From positions 288,001-352,000 of the forward strand of contig JALVYU010000026.1 in NCBI GenBank assembly GCA_027022365.1: a DNA stretch of 64,000 nucleotides, written 5' to 3'. The number at the start of each line of letters is the position of its first letter. Positions within the stretch are counted from its first letter, which is position 1. The position numbers and the translations under genes are program-made. This document shows positions 31,176 to 39,088 of the stretch, piece after piece. This stretch comes from Desulfurococcales archaeon. Lineage in GTDB: Archaea > Thermoproteota > Thermoprotei_A > Sulfolobales > Desulfurococcaceae. Below the pieces are notes generated by a model that had not been told where the DNA came from, did no database searches, and saw nothing but the letters and a program-made list of their open reading frames with translations.

Positions 31176-32450
31176 TTATTCCCCCAATAACTTCCTTCTG
31201 AGAAACGGTAGCCATGATGTTTCGAGAATTATGGAAACTATTATCGTTACGAGTGTAGTGCTCAGAATAACTTCGCCCCAAGAAATTAGTGTAGGGTTAT
31301 TATACATTATCCCGAGACTGAGAGGTAGGGATGCAAGTACAGATGGAACTACTCCTCTTGGGCCTTCAAGTGAAATGAAGAGGTATTCTTTGAAGCTCCA
31401 CTTTCCAATCGGTATTATCGGTAAGCACGCAATAGGGCGGGCAAGTAAAACCACGCCGAGAGCTACGAGTAGTGACGGGAGAAAAGTCGTGATCAATATG
31501 TCAAGCCTTATACTCATCCCGAGCAGGAGAAATATAAATACTGCGGCAAACATTGAGAGGACTTCGTTGAAATGAAGCTCCGTATCTATCGTGCTCCTAA
31601 TTTTAAGCTCATCCTCTGCGGTTTCTCTGAAGAACTCGTGATGGTTTCCAAGTATTATGCCAAGGGTAGTCGCCACTAGATAACCGGATGCCATGAGTTT
31701 TTCTCCTATATAGAACCCTATAAAGGCTAGGCCGAGAGCAAACAGTATTATTTCCTCGTTTCTCTCAAACTTTAAATGTCTTATGAGCAAGTACCCGATA
31801 ATCGCAACACCTACGCCGAGAATAATAGATATAATTACTTCGTAGAGAAAATATGAAAGAGCCGCCAGAGAAAGAGGCATATACTGGGCAAAATACTCGA
31901 TAAACTGGGCGCTTGGTGCCTGTGGAACAACAAAAGCGACTGCTAGGGATGTCAGAACTATGCCCAAGGGATCATTGAAAATCGATTCTGACTCAAGGAT
32001 AATCCTGAGGTCGTCACGTACTTTGTATTGATGAAATAATGGGATAAGCGTGGCCGGATCCGTAGCTGATATTATTGCACCGTATAGGAAACCAGCTATG
32101 AATGGAAGATGGAAAACATAGGAGAAAAACAGTCCTGCAAGCACTGCAGTAATGATTAATCCAAGCGTATCAAGAGTGCCTATCGTCGGTAAATGTTTTT
32201 TTAGAATATACCATTTTAGATTATGTCCTTCCGTAAACAGTATTATTACTAGGCCGAAAACTCTTACGTAATCAAATAACTTCCTGGCGAGATCAGTGTT
32301 TACAACATTTAGGACAGGCCCGAATAGAAGACCTAATATTATGAAAACGAAGATATATGAGAGTTTCGCCTTACGACTTATTAGATATGAAGTTACACCG
32401 AGGAGGAGCACCAGAGCGAGTGTAAACACCAGCTCATCGATATCAGCCAT
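31176..32450 (-). CDS. Na+/H+ antiporter, CPA1 (NhaP) family
   Basis: ISATDPATL, ESIFNDP and GPRGVVP motifs; many TM helices. Confidence 0.93.
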   Translation of the reverse strand: MADIDELVFTLALVLLLGVTSYLISRKAKLSYIFVFIILGLLFGPVLNVVNTDLARKLFDYVRVFGLVIILFTEGHNLKWYILKKHLPTIGTLDTLGLIITAVLAGLFFSYVFHLPFIAGFLYGAIISATDPATLIPLFHQYKVRDDLRIILESESIFNDPLGIVLTSLAVAFVVPQAPSAQFIEYFAQYMPLSLAALSYFLYEVIISIILGVGVAIIGYLLIRHLKFERNEEIILFALGLAFIGFYIGEKLMASGYLVATTLGIILGNHHEFFRETAEDELKIRSTIDTELHFNEVLSMFAAVFIFLLLGMSIRLDILITTFLPSLLVALGVVLLARPIACLPIIPIGKWSFKEYLFISLEGPRGVVPSVLASLPLSLGIMYNNPTLISWGEVILSTTLVTIIVSIILETSWLPFLRRKLLGE

Positions 32451-32633
32451 TGCTATCGTCTCCGTCGTTTTATTCTGTCACTAACTACATAGTCGATTAT
32501 CATCCACTCTTTCTGTCCGTTATTTAAGATATTACAAGTTTATTTTAAAATAATCGGCTTATTTGTTGTATTTCGATATCCAAAAATTGATACAATTATT
32601 TATACAATATTATAAGGAAAAATACTAGTTATC

Positions 32634-33749
32634 TTAGTAAAATACATATTTAGGACTTATATTTATACCGAGTTCTTCCAGTTTCGTATAGAGCATGCTT
32701 AGAGCTTCCCAGTCGGAGCGCAACTGCTTAGGTGGGTGTTTGAAGAAGGGAGCGGATGCCCAGTAGGGTGATCCGTGTATTCCTCTTTCTTTGAGGGCTT
32801 TGGCTATTCTGATTACGTCTGCAAGCACCGCTGCCGCCATGGATTTATCATCAACGACTAGCTTGACATCAATTGTTAGCCTTGCTCCTCCATAACTTAT
32901 TGCTTCGAGATACATGTAGGCTATCTTGGTATTTCCCAGAAACTCGACATAGCCGCTGGGCCCAGCATAGATATACTTCTTTATCGCGTCCGGGTCAGGT
33001 TGAGTTGATGCTACCGCCATTGTCTTACTTATTTTCTTAGAGGTTAGGCGTGATGGATCCAGCATGTTTAGGAAATCCGTGTTTCCACCTACGTTTAACT
33101 GGTAGCTCTTTACTAGTTTGCACCCTCTCATGGATAGTAGTGATGCAATGGCTCTATGTAGAATGGTTGCACCTAACTGTCCCTTGATGTCATCGCCGAG
33201 CACTAGTGTTTTGTTATCCTTAAAGATGGACACGTATTTTTTGTCGCTGGCGATAAATTCTGGTATGCAATTAATGAAGGAAACACCAGCCTTTGCAGCG
33301 GCTTTGGCGTAGAATCTAGTGGCTTCGCTACTGCCTACGGGCAATAGATTTACTAGGACATCAACATTATTCTCCTCTAGCTCCTTTACAATTTCGTCAG
33401 CAGTTGGTTCAGGTTGTGATGATGGCTTAAACACATTGACCATATGTGGGGCGACTCCATCAAGTATTTTACCCATTCTTACAATAACGTTCTTACACCT
33501 TAGCTCGTCTGGATCAACGAGTTTCGGCACAACATTCGGGTATTCATAGATAGCTTGATTAAGCGGCTTTCCTACCTTGTTTTCCGATATATCTATTGCA
33601 TATACGACGTTAATATCATCAATTCGCATTCCGTCGATTACTGTGTGCATTACGCCAGTGTACTCGTTTGATTTTCTATAGTATTCTATTGATTGTATGA
33701 GCATTGAGGCTATATTACCTACTCCAATGATTCCGACGTTTACAGTCAT
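32634..33749 (-). CDS. ino1: myo-inositol-1-phosphate synthase
   Basis: GVGNIAS, LPVGS, GDDIKGQLGATILHR, QLNVGGNTDFLNM and SKKISKT motifs. Confidence 0.95.
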   Translation of the reverse strand: MTVNVGIIGVGNIASMLIQSIEYYRKSNEYTGVMHTVIDGMRIDDINVVYAIDISENKVGKPLNQAIYEYPNVVPKLVDPDELRCKNVIVRMGKILDGVAPHMVNVFKPSSQPEPTADEIVKELEENNVDVLVNLLPVGSSEATRFYAKAAAKAGVSFINCIPEFIASDKKYVSIFKDNKTLVLGDDIKGQLGATILHRAIASLLSMRGCKLVKSYQLNVGGNTDFLNMLDPSRLTSKKISKTMAVASTQPDPDAIKKYIYAGPSGYVEFLGNTKIAYMYLEAISYGGARLTIDVKLVVDDKSMAAAVLADVIRIAKALKERGIHGSPYWASAPFFKHPPKQLRSDWEALSMLYTKLEELGINISPKYVFY

Positions 33750-33824
33750 CTTTTATCTCCATTAATATTTATGGTTAAAAATATAGGTTAAAAACTATAA
33801 AACCTTTATGAAGAGAACTAATGT

Positions 33825-34166
33825 GTGACCACAATGAGCGATAATACTCCAAAACCGTTCAAAAGACTTGTCAAGAAGCTAACTATTGAAAACCTATGGC
33901 TTTATGTGCTGAAATACATGATCACTAAAAATGAGCCGGTTAAGGCATATGAGGTTGTACGTTATATTAGGAATACACTTCCATATAAGCCAGCAACAGT
34001 TACTGTTTACACTGTTATATACCGTCTGTCATATGAAGGTTTAATAGAACAAATAAAGAGGGGCGGTGAGACGCTATATAGGATAAGCGATAAGGGAAGA
34101 AGTGCTTTTACGAATGCTATAAATTTCATAAGGTATATCCTAGATCTACTTGGGAAAGACGTTTAG
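33825..34166 (+). CDS. PadR-family transcriptional regulator
   Basis: KKLTIENLWLYVL, AYEV, TVYTVIYRL..EGLI and YRISDKG. Confidence 0.88.
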   Translation: MTTMSDNTPKPFKRLVKKLTIENLWLYVLKYMITKNEPVKAYEVVRYIRNTLPYKPATVTVYTVIYRLSYEGLIEQIKRGGETLYRISDKGRSAFTNAINFIRYILDLLGKDV

Positions 34167-34752
34167 CTACACCAAACTATACCGTTTTCTTAGAGAAAAA
34201 TGGGGCGCAAAGTCATTGAAGCTGAAAATATTTGGTGGAAAAAATAAGGAGAAGGAAGAACTACCCGAAGACATACGAGCGCTCATTAAACAATATGCTG
34301 AAAGGCATCATATTAATTATCTCCAAGCATTAAAGGAACTCATCCAAAAAGGGCTGAGATATTCTGAGCTTGAAAGACAATACGGCAAAGACGTTGATAG
34401 CAGGGAATTATGGGATAAAAGATTCTATTACCTAAAGATAGAGTCCGGCTACCTATACTATAGGCTTAGATTAAAGGAAGTAATCGATGAATTGAAGACA
34501 CTTGCGATAAGATTCGCGGGAGTACTGGGGAGTCTTGAAACATGCTATAAACAATGTATGAGCTCTGAGGCTCTTGAGGTAGAACTGAAGAAATTAGCTG
34601 ATTTAAAAGAATTTATTCGCTACTATCTTGAAACATACGTTATAACGGTCAATAAAGAACTCGAAGAGAAAAAATATGCAGATGATAAAGAGATAATAAA
34701 ATTCGTCGAAAAAACACTAGAGAAATACAAGAGATATTTTATGAAGGAGTAA
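34150..34752 (+). CDS. hypothetical helical protein (possible N-terminal RHH); true start probably later
   Basis: LPEDIRALIKQYAERHHINYLQALKELIQKGL followed by charged helices. Confidence 0.55.
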   Translation: MGKTFSYTKLYRFLREKWGAKSLKLKIFGGKNKEKEELPEDIRALIKQYAERHHINYLQALKELIQKGLRYSELERQYGKDVDSRELWDKRFYYLKIESGYLYYRLRLKEVIDELKTLAIRFAGVLGSLETCYKQCMSSEALEVELKKLADLKEFIRYYLETYVITVNKELEEKKYADDKEIIKFVEKTLEKYKRYFMKE

Positions 34753-34870
34753 TCCAGTTAAACTAGACAAAGTATGCCTAGTTCATTATGATTAAGAATA
34801 CCTATTTTTATTAGAGAATTTAGACAGACTAATAAGTGGCATCAACAATTCTTTAATGAGGTGGAAGTGA

Positions 34871-35266
34871 ATGTTATCAATGCTGTCATTTTACGCACTA
34901 GGGGTAAACACGACGGGAAACACGACTTCGGCCGCGCTACCTGATTTCATATACTCAGCGTTATCGAACCCTAATGTCGCAATAGCAATTATTATCGAGA
35001 TTGCAATGGGGATAGCGCTAGGCTACGTTATGGCTAAAATGGCGAAATACATCGTCGCATTTATCGCGATTTTAATAATCGGCGCCGTGCTGAACATATG
35101 GAGTCTGGGAGGAAGCATACAGGACTTCCTGACAAAACTAGGAATGACCGCTGCCGAACTTAAGAACGTCATACTCGGGTTCTTGGGAACACTAGGCCTG
35201 CTGATGGTAGGGCCTGTAACGCTGGGGTTCTTAATAGGCATAGTAATCGGATTAATGAAGAAGTAG
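34871..35266 (+). CDS. small membrane protein, FUN14-like
   Basis: MGIALGYVMAKMAKY and C-terminal GFLIGIVIGLMKK; SD GAGGTG. Confidence 0.6.
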   Translation: MLSMLSFYALGVNTTGNTTSAALPDFIYSALSNPNVAIAIIIEIAMGIALGYVMAKMAKYIVAFIAILIIGAVLNIWSLGGSIQDFLTKLGMTAAELKNVILGFLGTLGLLMVGPVTLGFLIGIVIGLMKK

Positions 35267-35356
35267 TTCGCAATATAGTTTTGCTACTTTTTCTACATAA
35301 CAGCTATATTAGCTATTTTATCTTAGAAAGACATTTCTAATACTGGGTGGTCTGAG

Positions 35357-35806
35357 ATGATTAATAAAGAGAAGTTTGAATTCCTTGATCATCCAGCTGA
35401 TGTTTATATAAAAGCATATGGTGCAAGTCTACCGGAACTCTATGAAAACGCGGGGCTAGCATTGTTTGAGACTATGACTGATACTACCCTAGTAGAGCCG
35501 TTGAAAAAGTTTAGTATAGAGGCTGAGGGCTTCGATCTCGAGAACTTGCTATATAGATGGTTAGAGGAGTTGCTCTACGTATATTATAGCCATAATGTGA
35601 TGTGTAGCCGAGTAATAGTAGAAAGGATCGAGATTACAAGGCGGGAGGACTGCTTCATGTACACTATTAAGGGAGCATGTTATGGAGAAGAATTTGATCC
35701 GAGAAAACATGAAGCGCGCGTTGAAGTTAAAGCAGTAACATATCATTTAATGAAAATAATTAAGGACGAAGAGGGGTGGAAAGCCTATTTCGTTCTTGAT
35801 ATATGA
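35357..35806 (+). CDS. archease (cofactor of RtcB tRNA ligase)
   Basis: FEFLDHPADV, EVKAVTYH and C-terminal VLDI. Confidence 0.95.
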   Translation: MINKEKFEFLDHPADVYIKAYGASLPELYENAGLALFETMTDTTLVEPLKKFSIEAEGFDLENLLYRWLEELLYVYYSHNVMCSRVIVERIEITRREDCFMYTIKGACYGEEFDPRKHEARVEVKAVTYHLMKIIKDEEGWKAYFVLDI

Positions 35807-36405
35807 TTATCTATCGAGCTTAAAAACTCGGCTATTTTAACAGAGCATCTTTCACAATAATACATTGTCTTATAATCAACCTCAAAGACAGAGTTGCTGA
35901 AGCTCATAACACATTTAGGATTATTACAGTGCCCGAGACCTAGTAAATGCCCTAATTCATGAAGAATTTCTTTCGTCACGCGCTCGACGTAGAGATCATA
36001 CCTTTTGCCAGCATATTCACTAGCAGAATAAAATATCGGATCAAGCCTTTGAGCGGATACAAAAGCTATGCCTCTAGATGGAGAGGCCTCCCCAAACACG
36101 AAGTTAAGGCCTTCATCATAAGCATCTATGTATCCGACACCAATAACGAAAACACAGCCATCCCTAAGATCCCGAAATATCTCCGCGAGATAATCGAGTA
36201 TACACGGCCCAACATACTGTCTCCTAGACCAATCAAAACAAGACATCGGAAGCTTCAGGACCTCAGGCCATACCTCCACATCAATATACGGCGAAATACT
36301 GCTCAGGACCCCATATACATTCCTACGCCAATCCTCAATAAAATCAAAGACAAAACATCTAGTCAGCGGCACAATCAGTACCCTACTCCTCATTCCAGCC
36401 ATCAC
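35785..36405 (-). CDS. amzA: archaemetzincin (peptidase M54)
   Basis: LNFVFGEA, HELGHLLGLGHC..CVMSFSNS..VD.K...C..C. Confidence 0.93.
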   Translation of the reverse strand: MMAGMRSRVLIVPLTRCFVFDFIEDWRRNVYGVLSSISPYIDVEVWPEVLKLPMSCFDWSRRQYVGPCILDYLAEIFRDLRDGCVFVIGVGYIDAYDEGLNFVFGEASPSRGIAFVSAQRLDPIFYSASEYAGKRYDLYVERVTKEILHELGHLLGLGHCNNPKCVMSFSNSVFEVDYKTMYYCERCSVKIAEFLSSIDNHISRTK

Positions 36406-36467
36406 TTCACATACCTATGTGTAGAATAGTGCCGCCGCGGGGATTTGAACCCCGGACAACCCGGTCT

Positions 36468-37049
36468 TCAGCTTCGCCGGATCACCCGTGCCAGGAGCCA
36501 ATATTTTCTTTTATGGCTACTGCTTATATATTTTATCCACTTTGACACCTGTGCTACCCCATAGATTGCTAGCTTGTACGCCTTATCTGATTTCCGTATA
36601 TGTGAATTAATACCGTAATTTTGCACAAGTATAGATTTTACCTGATAAAGCAAAGCTACGCTTTTGCTTGTGATCTCTATGGTTGGGTACTCTTCTACAT
36701 CAGGCTTCCTAGTATAGAATATTGTTCAGTCAGTATCAAATATCCCCCTAATTAACATATTAACATACTCGTTTTTTACCAATTCCCGCGGAATTGTTAT
36801 TATTGAGCTCTTCTTACCGGTCGGGAATCCTAGTTGTTTAAAGATGTTAAATAATTGTTTTGACTTGAATTCTATTCGGTAGGCTTTTGAACGGTATTTT
36901 ATTTTTGGTCTCTTGCCAATAATTTTTTCTATAAGTCTTGATATATGGAGCGTGTATTCGTAATCTCCTTCAGCTATCGAGAAGAAGTATTTACAGTTTT
37001 TACTATGATATAGTGATCCATCTCCAATCATTATTCCATAGAATTCCAT
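36468..37049 (-). pseudogene. two-motif LAGLIDADG homing endonuclease with in-frame TGA at 36726-36728
   Basis: Motif 1 EFYGIMIGDG; motif 2 LIRGIFDTD*. The frame continues as TIFYTRKPDVEEYPTIEITSKS into ORF 36468..36653. Confidence 0.88.
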
Positions 37050-37138
37050 AAACTCCTTAGTGTTAATTATGCTAGCCGTATTAGAAAAAAGAGAAGAACA
37101 AGTATTAGAGGCAGAAAGGCTCCTGGCACGGGCGTCCA
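36473..37138 (-). mobile_element. 666-nt BHB-type intervening sequence carrying a homing endonuclease gene
   Basis: BHB AG-CGCC-CG^U-GGA / UCC-GGCG-AA^G-CU; 16-bp stem 37118-37133 with 36484-36499; AT-rich interior. Confidence 0.85.
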
Positions 37139-37314
37139 CGGGCGCTCTCCCGGGCTGAGCTACGGCGGCATCGCTTACTAACATATTAATGTTACTGGTT
37201 TATTAGTTTTTATGGAGTGGTCAATTATTTGTACTCCTTTCAACATTTATTATGTATGGCTAGGAATGTCTACGTTAAAGCTATGGGGCTACCTTGTCTT
37301 GGGGGTGATCTTAT

Positions 37315-38022
37315 ATGATGGCTGTGATCCTTGCTGGTGGTTTCGGTAAAAGACTAAGACCTTATACGGAGGAAATACCTAAGCCTCTCGTTAGAGTAGC
37401 CGATAAGCCTATTCTGGAGCACCAAATAGAGTGGCTCAAACAGTATGGGTTCAACGAGTTTGTCCTACTAGTAGGCTACAGAAAAGAAAAGATAATCGAG
37501 CACATCGGTAGCGGCGGTAGATTGGGTGTTAAGGTAACCTATGTTGTGGAGGACGAGCCCCTAGGGACTGGGGGCGCGATAAAAAACGCTGAACACATAC
37601 TCTCCAAGGAGGATAAGTTCCTAGTGATAAATGGAGATATATTGACAAACCTCAACCCTCTAAAGCTATTCGAAAGACTAGAGAATGAGCCGAGACTTGT
37701 AGGTGTCATAGCAAGCATACCACTGCCAAGCCCATACGGAGTACTGGAGATCAAGGACGGAAAAGTCGTAGGCTTCGTCGAGAAACCCAGGCTCCAGGAC
37801 TACTGGATCAACGCAGGAGTATACGCCCTCAGACCAGAAGCGCTGAAATACTTCCCAGAACGCGGCGACCTAGAACGAACAGCGTTCCCAGCAATGGCTA
37901 GAGACGGCGTCCTAGGGGCAGTAAAATACACCGAGATATTTTGGAAGAGCATAGACACATACAAGGACCTCGAAGAAGCAACCAAGATAATAATCAAGAT
38001 GGGCGGTAAAATACAAGGATGA
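37315..38022 (+). CDS. sugar-phosphate nucleotidyltransferase (NDP-sugar synthase family)
   Basis: ILAGGFGKRLRPYT..PKPL, EPLGTGGA, NGDI and FVEKP motifs. Confidence 0.92.
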   Translation: MMAVILAGGFGKRLRPYTEEIPKPLVRVADKPILEHQIEWLKQYGFNEFVLLVGYRKEKIIEHIGSGGRLGVKVTYVVEDEPLGTGGAIKNAEHILSKEDKFLVINGDILTNLNPLKLFERLENEPRLVGVIASIPLPSPYGVLEIKDGKVVGFVEKPRLQDYWINAGVYALRPEALKYFPERGDLERTAFPAMARDGVLGAVKYTEIFWKSIDTYKDLEEATKIIIKMGGKIQG

Positions 38023-38090
38023 TTTTTCAGATTTTCCGGCTATCATCACCGCCCTTCTCGGGCTCAAGAGACCCTCTTATCATCATCAAT
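38023..38090 (-). ncRNA. box C/D 2'-O-methylation guide sRNA
   Basis: C box ATGATGA (38080-86), D' TTGA, hairpin GCCC-GAGAA-GGGC, C' GTGATGA, D CTGA (38027-30); two 12-nt guides. Confidence 0.88.
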
Positions 38091-38150
38091 GATAATACAT
38101 GGGTAAGTAAACCTAAAAACCCCGCCTATAATCCATAAAAACATGGATAC

Positions 38151-38229
38151 GCGGCGGTCGTCTAGCCTGGACTAGGACGCCGGCCCCCCAAGCCGGAGAT
38201 CCCGGGTTCAAATCCCGGCCGCCGCACCA
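38151..38229 (+). tRNA. tRNA-Gly(CCC), CCA encoded
   Basis: Cloverleaf; anticodon arm CCGGC-CCCCCAA-GCCGG; GGTTCAAATCC T-arm. Confidence 0.93.
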
Positions 38230-38364
38230 CTTTTCATCAACAATTGTAGATCTTGTTAGAAAGATATGAAAACATTATCCATTGTTACACAATTTATATT
38301 CTATTCAATACATGGTTTCTTAAAAAGAGAACCTTATGAAGCATTGATGTATCACGTAGAATTA

Positions 38365-38453
38365 TGGCGCCGGGGGCGGGATTCGAACCCGCGCGGGCCC
38401 CGTGGCCCACTGGCTCTCAAGGCCAGCCCCTTAGGCCGCTCGGGCACCCCGGC
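38365..38453 (-). tRNA. tRNA-Ser(TGA), CCA encoded
   Basis: CTGGC-CTTGAGA-GCCAG anticodon arm, long variable arm, discriminator G. Confidence 0.95.
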
Positions 38454-38491
38454 GCCTGTTTATATGGATTTGTTCTCTGGGCTTATATTTG

Positions 38492-39088
38492 CTATTTTCG
38501 TCGGAATATTAGTATTGTGTAGCCTTTCCGGGAGATGTTCTTAACTACTTCTATGTCCTTTCTCGTGTTTAGCTTGCTGATATAGTAGTTTGCCCCTCTT
38601 GCTAAGACGAATTCTGCGTATCCTCCTTTCTTTAGGTGTTCTATGCTTCCAATAATTATTTCTTCGACAATTTCTTTACCAGCTGATATTGGTGGGTTGC
38701 TTATTATCATATCGAATATCATGCCCTTTACGGGCTCGTATACGTTGCCCTGGAGAACCCTGACTCGTTCCTCGACACCATTTAGCCTTACATTATATTT
38801 CGCTATTTTAACGGCGACAGGATTTATATCTACCATGTATATCTGCAACTTAGGATAGGCCTTAGCAAGACTTATTCCTATGACTCCGTACCCGCATCCA
38901 ATATCCAGTACTGTGCCCTCCTCAACGATTATGGCGTGTTCGAGCAACAGTTTTGTGCCTAGATCTACCTTGTTGCCTGAGAATAGGCTAGAATAAGTGA
39001 CAAATTCTAGTGTAACCCCCTTATAGACGAACGAAATAACCTGTTTCTTCCCCAGCCTATATTTGTTGGGCCTAAAATAATGTGTCAT
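38492..39088 (-). CDS. class I SAM-dependent methyltransferase (RsmC/MTS-like)
   Basis: LFS..KVDLGTKLL, LDIGCGYGVIG and SNPP motifs. Confidence 0.9.
   Translation of the reverse strand: MTHYFRPNKYRLGKKQVISFVYKGVTLEFVTYSSLFSGNKVDLGTKLLLEHAIIVEEGTVLDIGCGYGVIGISLAKAYPKLQIYMVDINPVAVKIAKYNVRLNGVEERVRVLQGNVYEPVKGMIFDMIISNPPISAGKEIVEEIIIGSIEHLKKGGYAEFVLARGANYYISKLNTRKDIEVVKNISRKGYTILIFRRK

Larger units (their letters stand above)
36430..37169 (-). tRNA. tRNA-Phe(GAA) in two exons (5' 37139-37169; 3' 36430-36472) separated by a 666-nt insert at 30/31
   Basis: Joined exons give GCCGCCGTAGCTCAGCCCGGGAGAGCGCCCG/GCTGAAGACCGGGTTGTCCGGGGTTCAAATCCCCGCGGCGGCA, a clean cloverleaf; canonical BHB at the junction. 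Confidence 0.92.

Noticed and set aside
13960-36460. Similar sequences at 13960-13985 and 36430-36455 as att sites of an integrated element
   Set aside because: They are the conserved T-arm and acceptor ends of two different tRNAs. There is no integrase, and the enclosed genes look chromosomal.
36726-37184. ORF-track 152-aa protein starting at 37184, and the separate 61-aa ORF 36468..36653
   Set aside because: The first start runs through the tRNA 5' exon. Both ORFs are in-frame pieces of one interrupted LAGLIDADG gene.
36726-38453. Read-through of the endonuclease TGA by selenocysteine or by the nearby tRNA-Ser(TGA)
   Set aside because: Anticodon TGA reads UCA, not UGA. The position requires Gly, and no Sec machinery is visible in the window.
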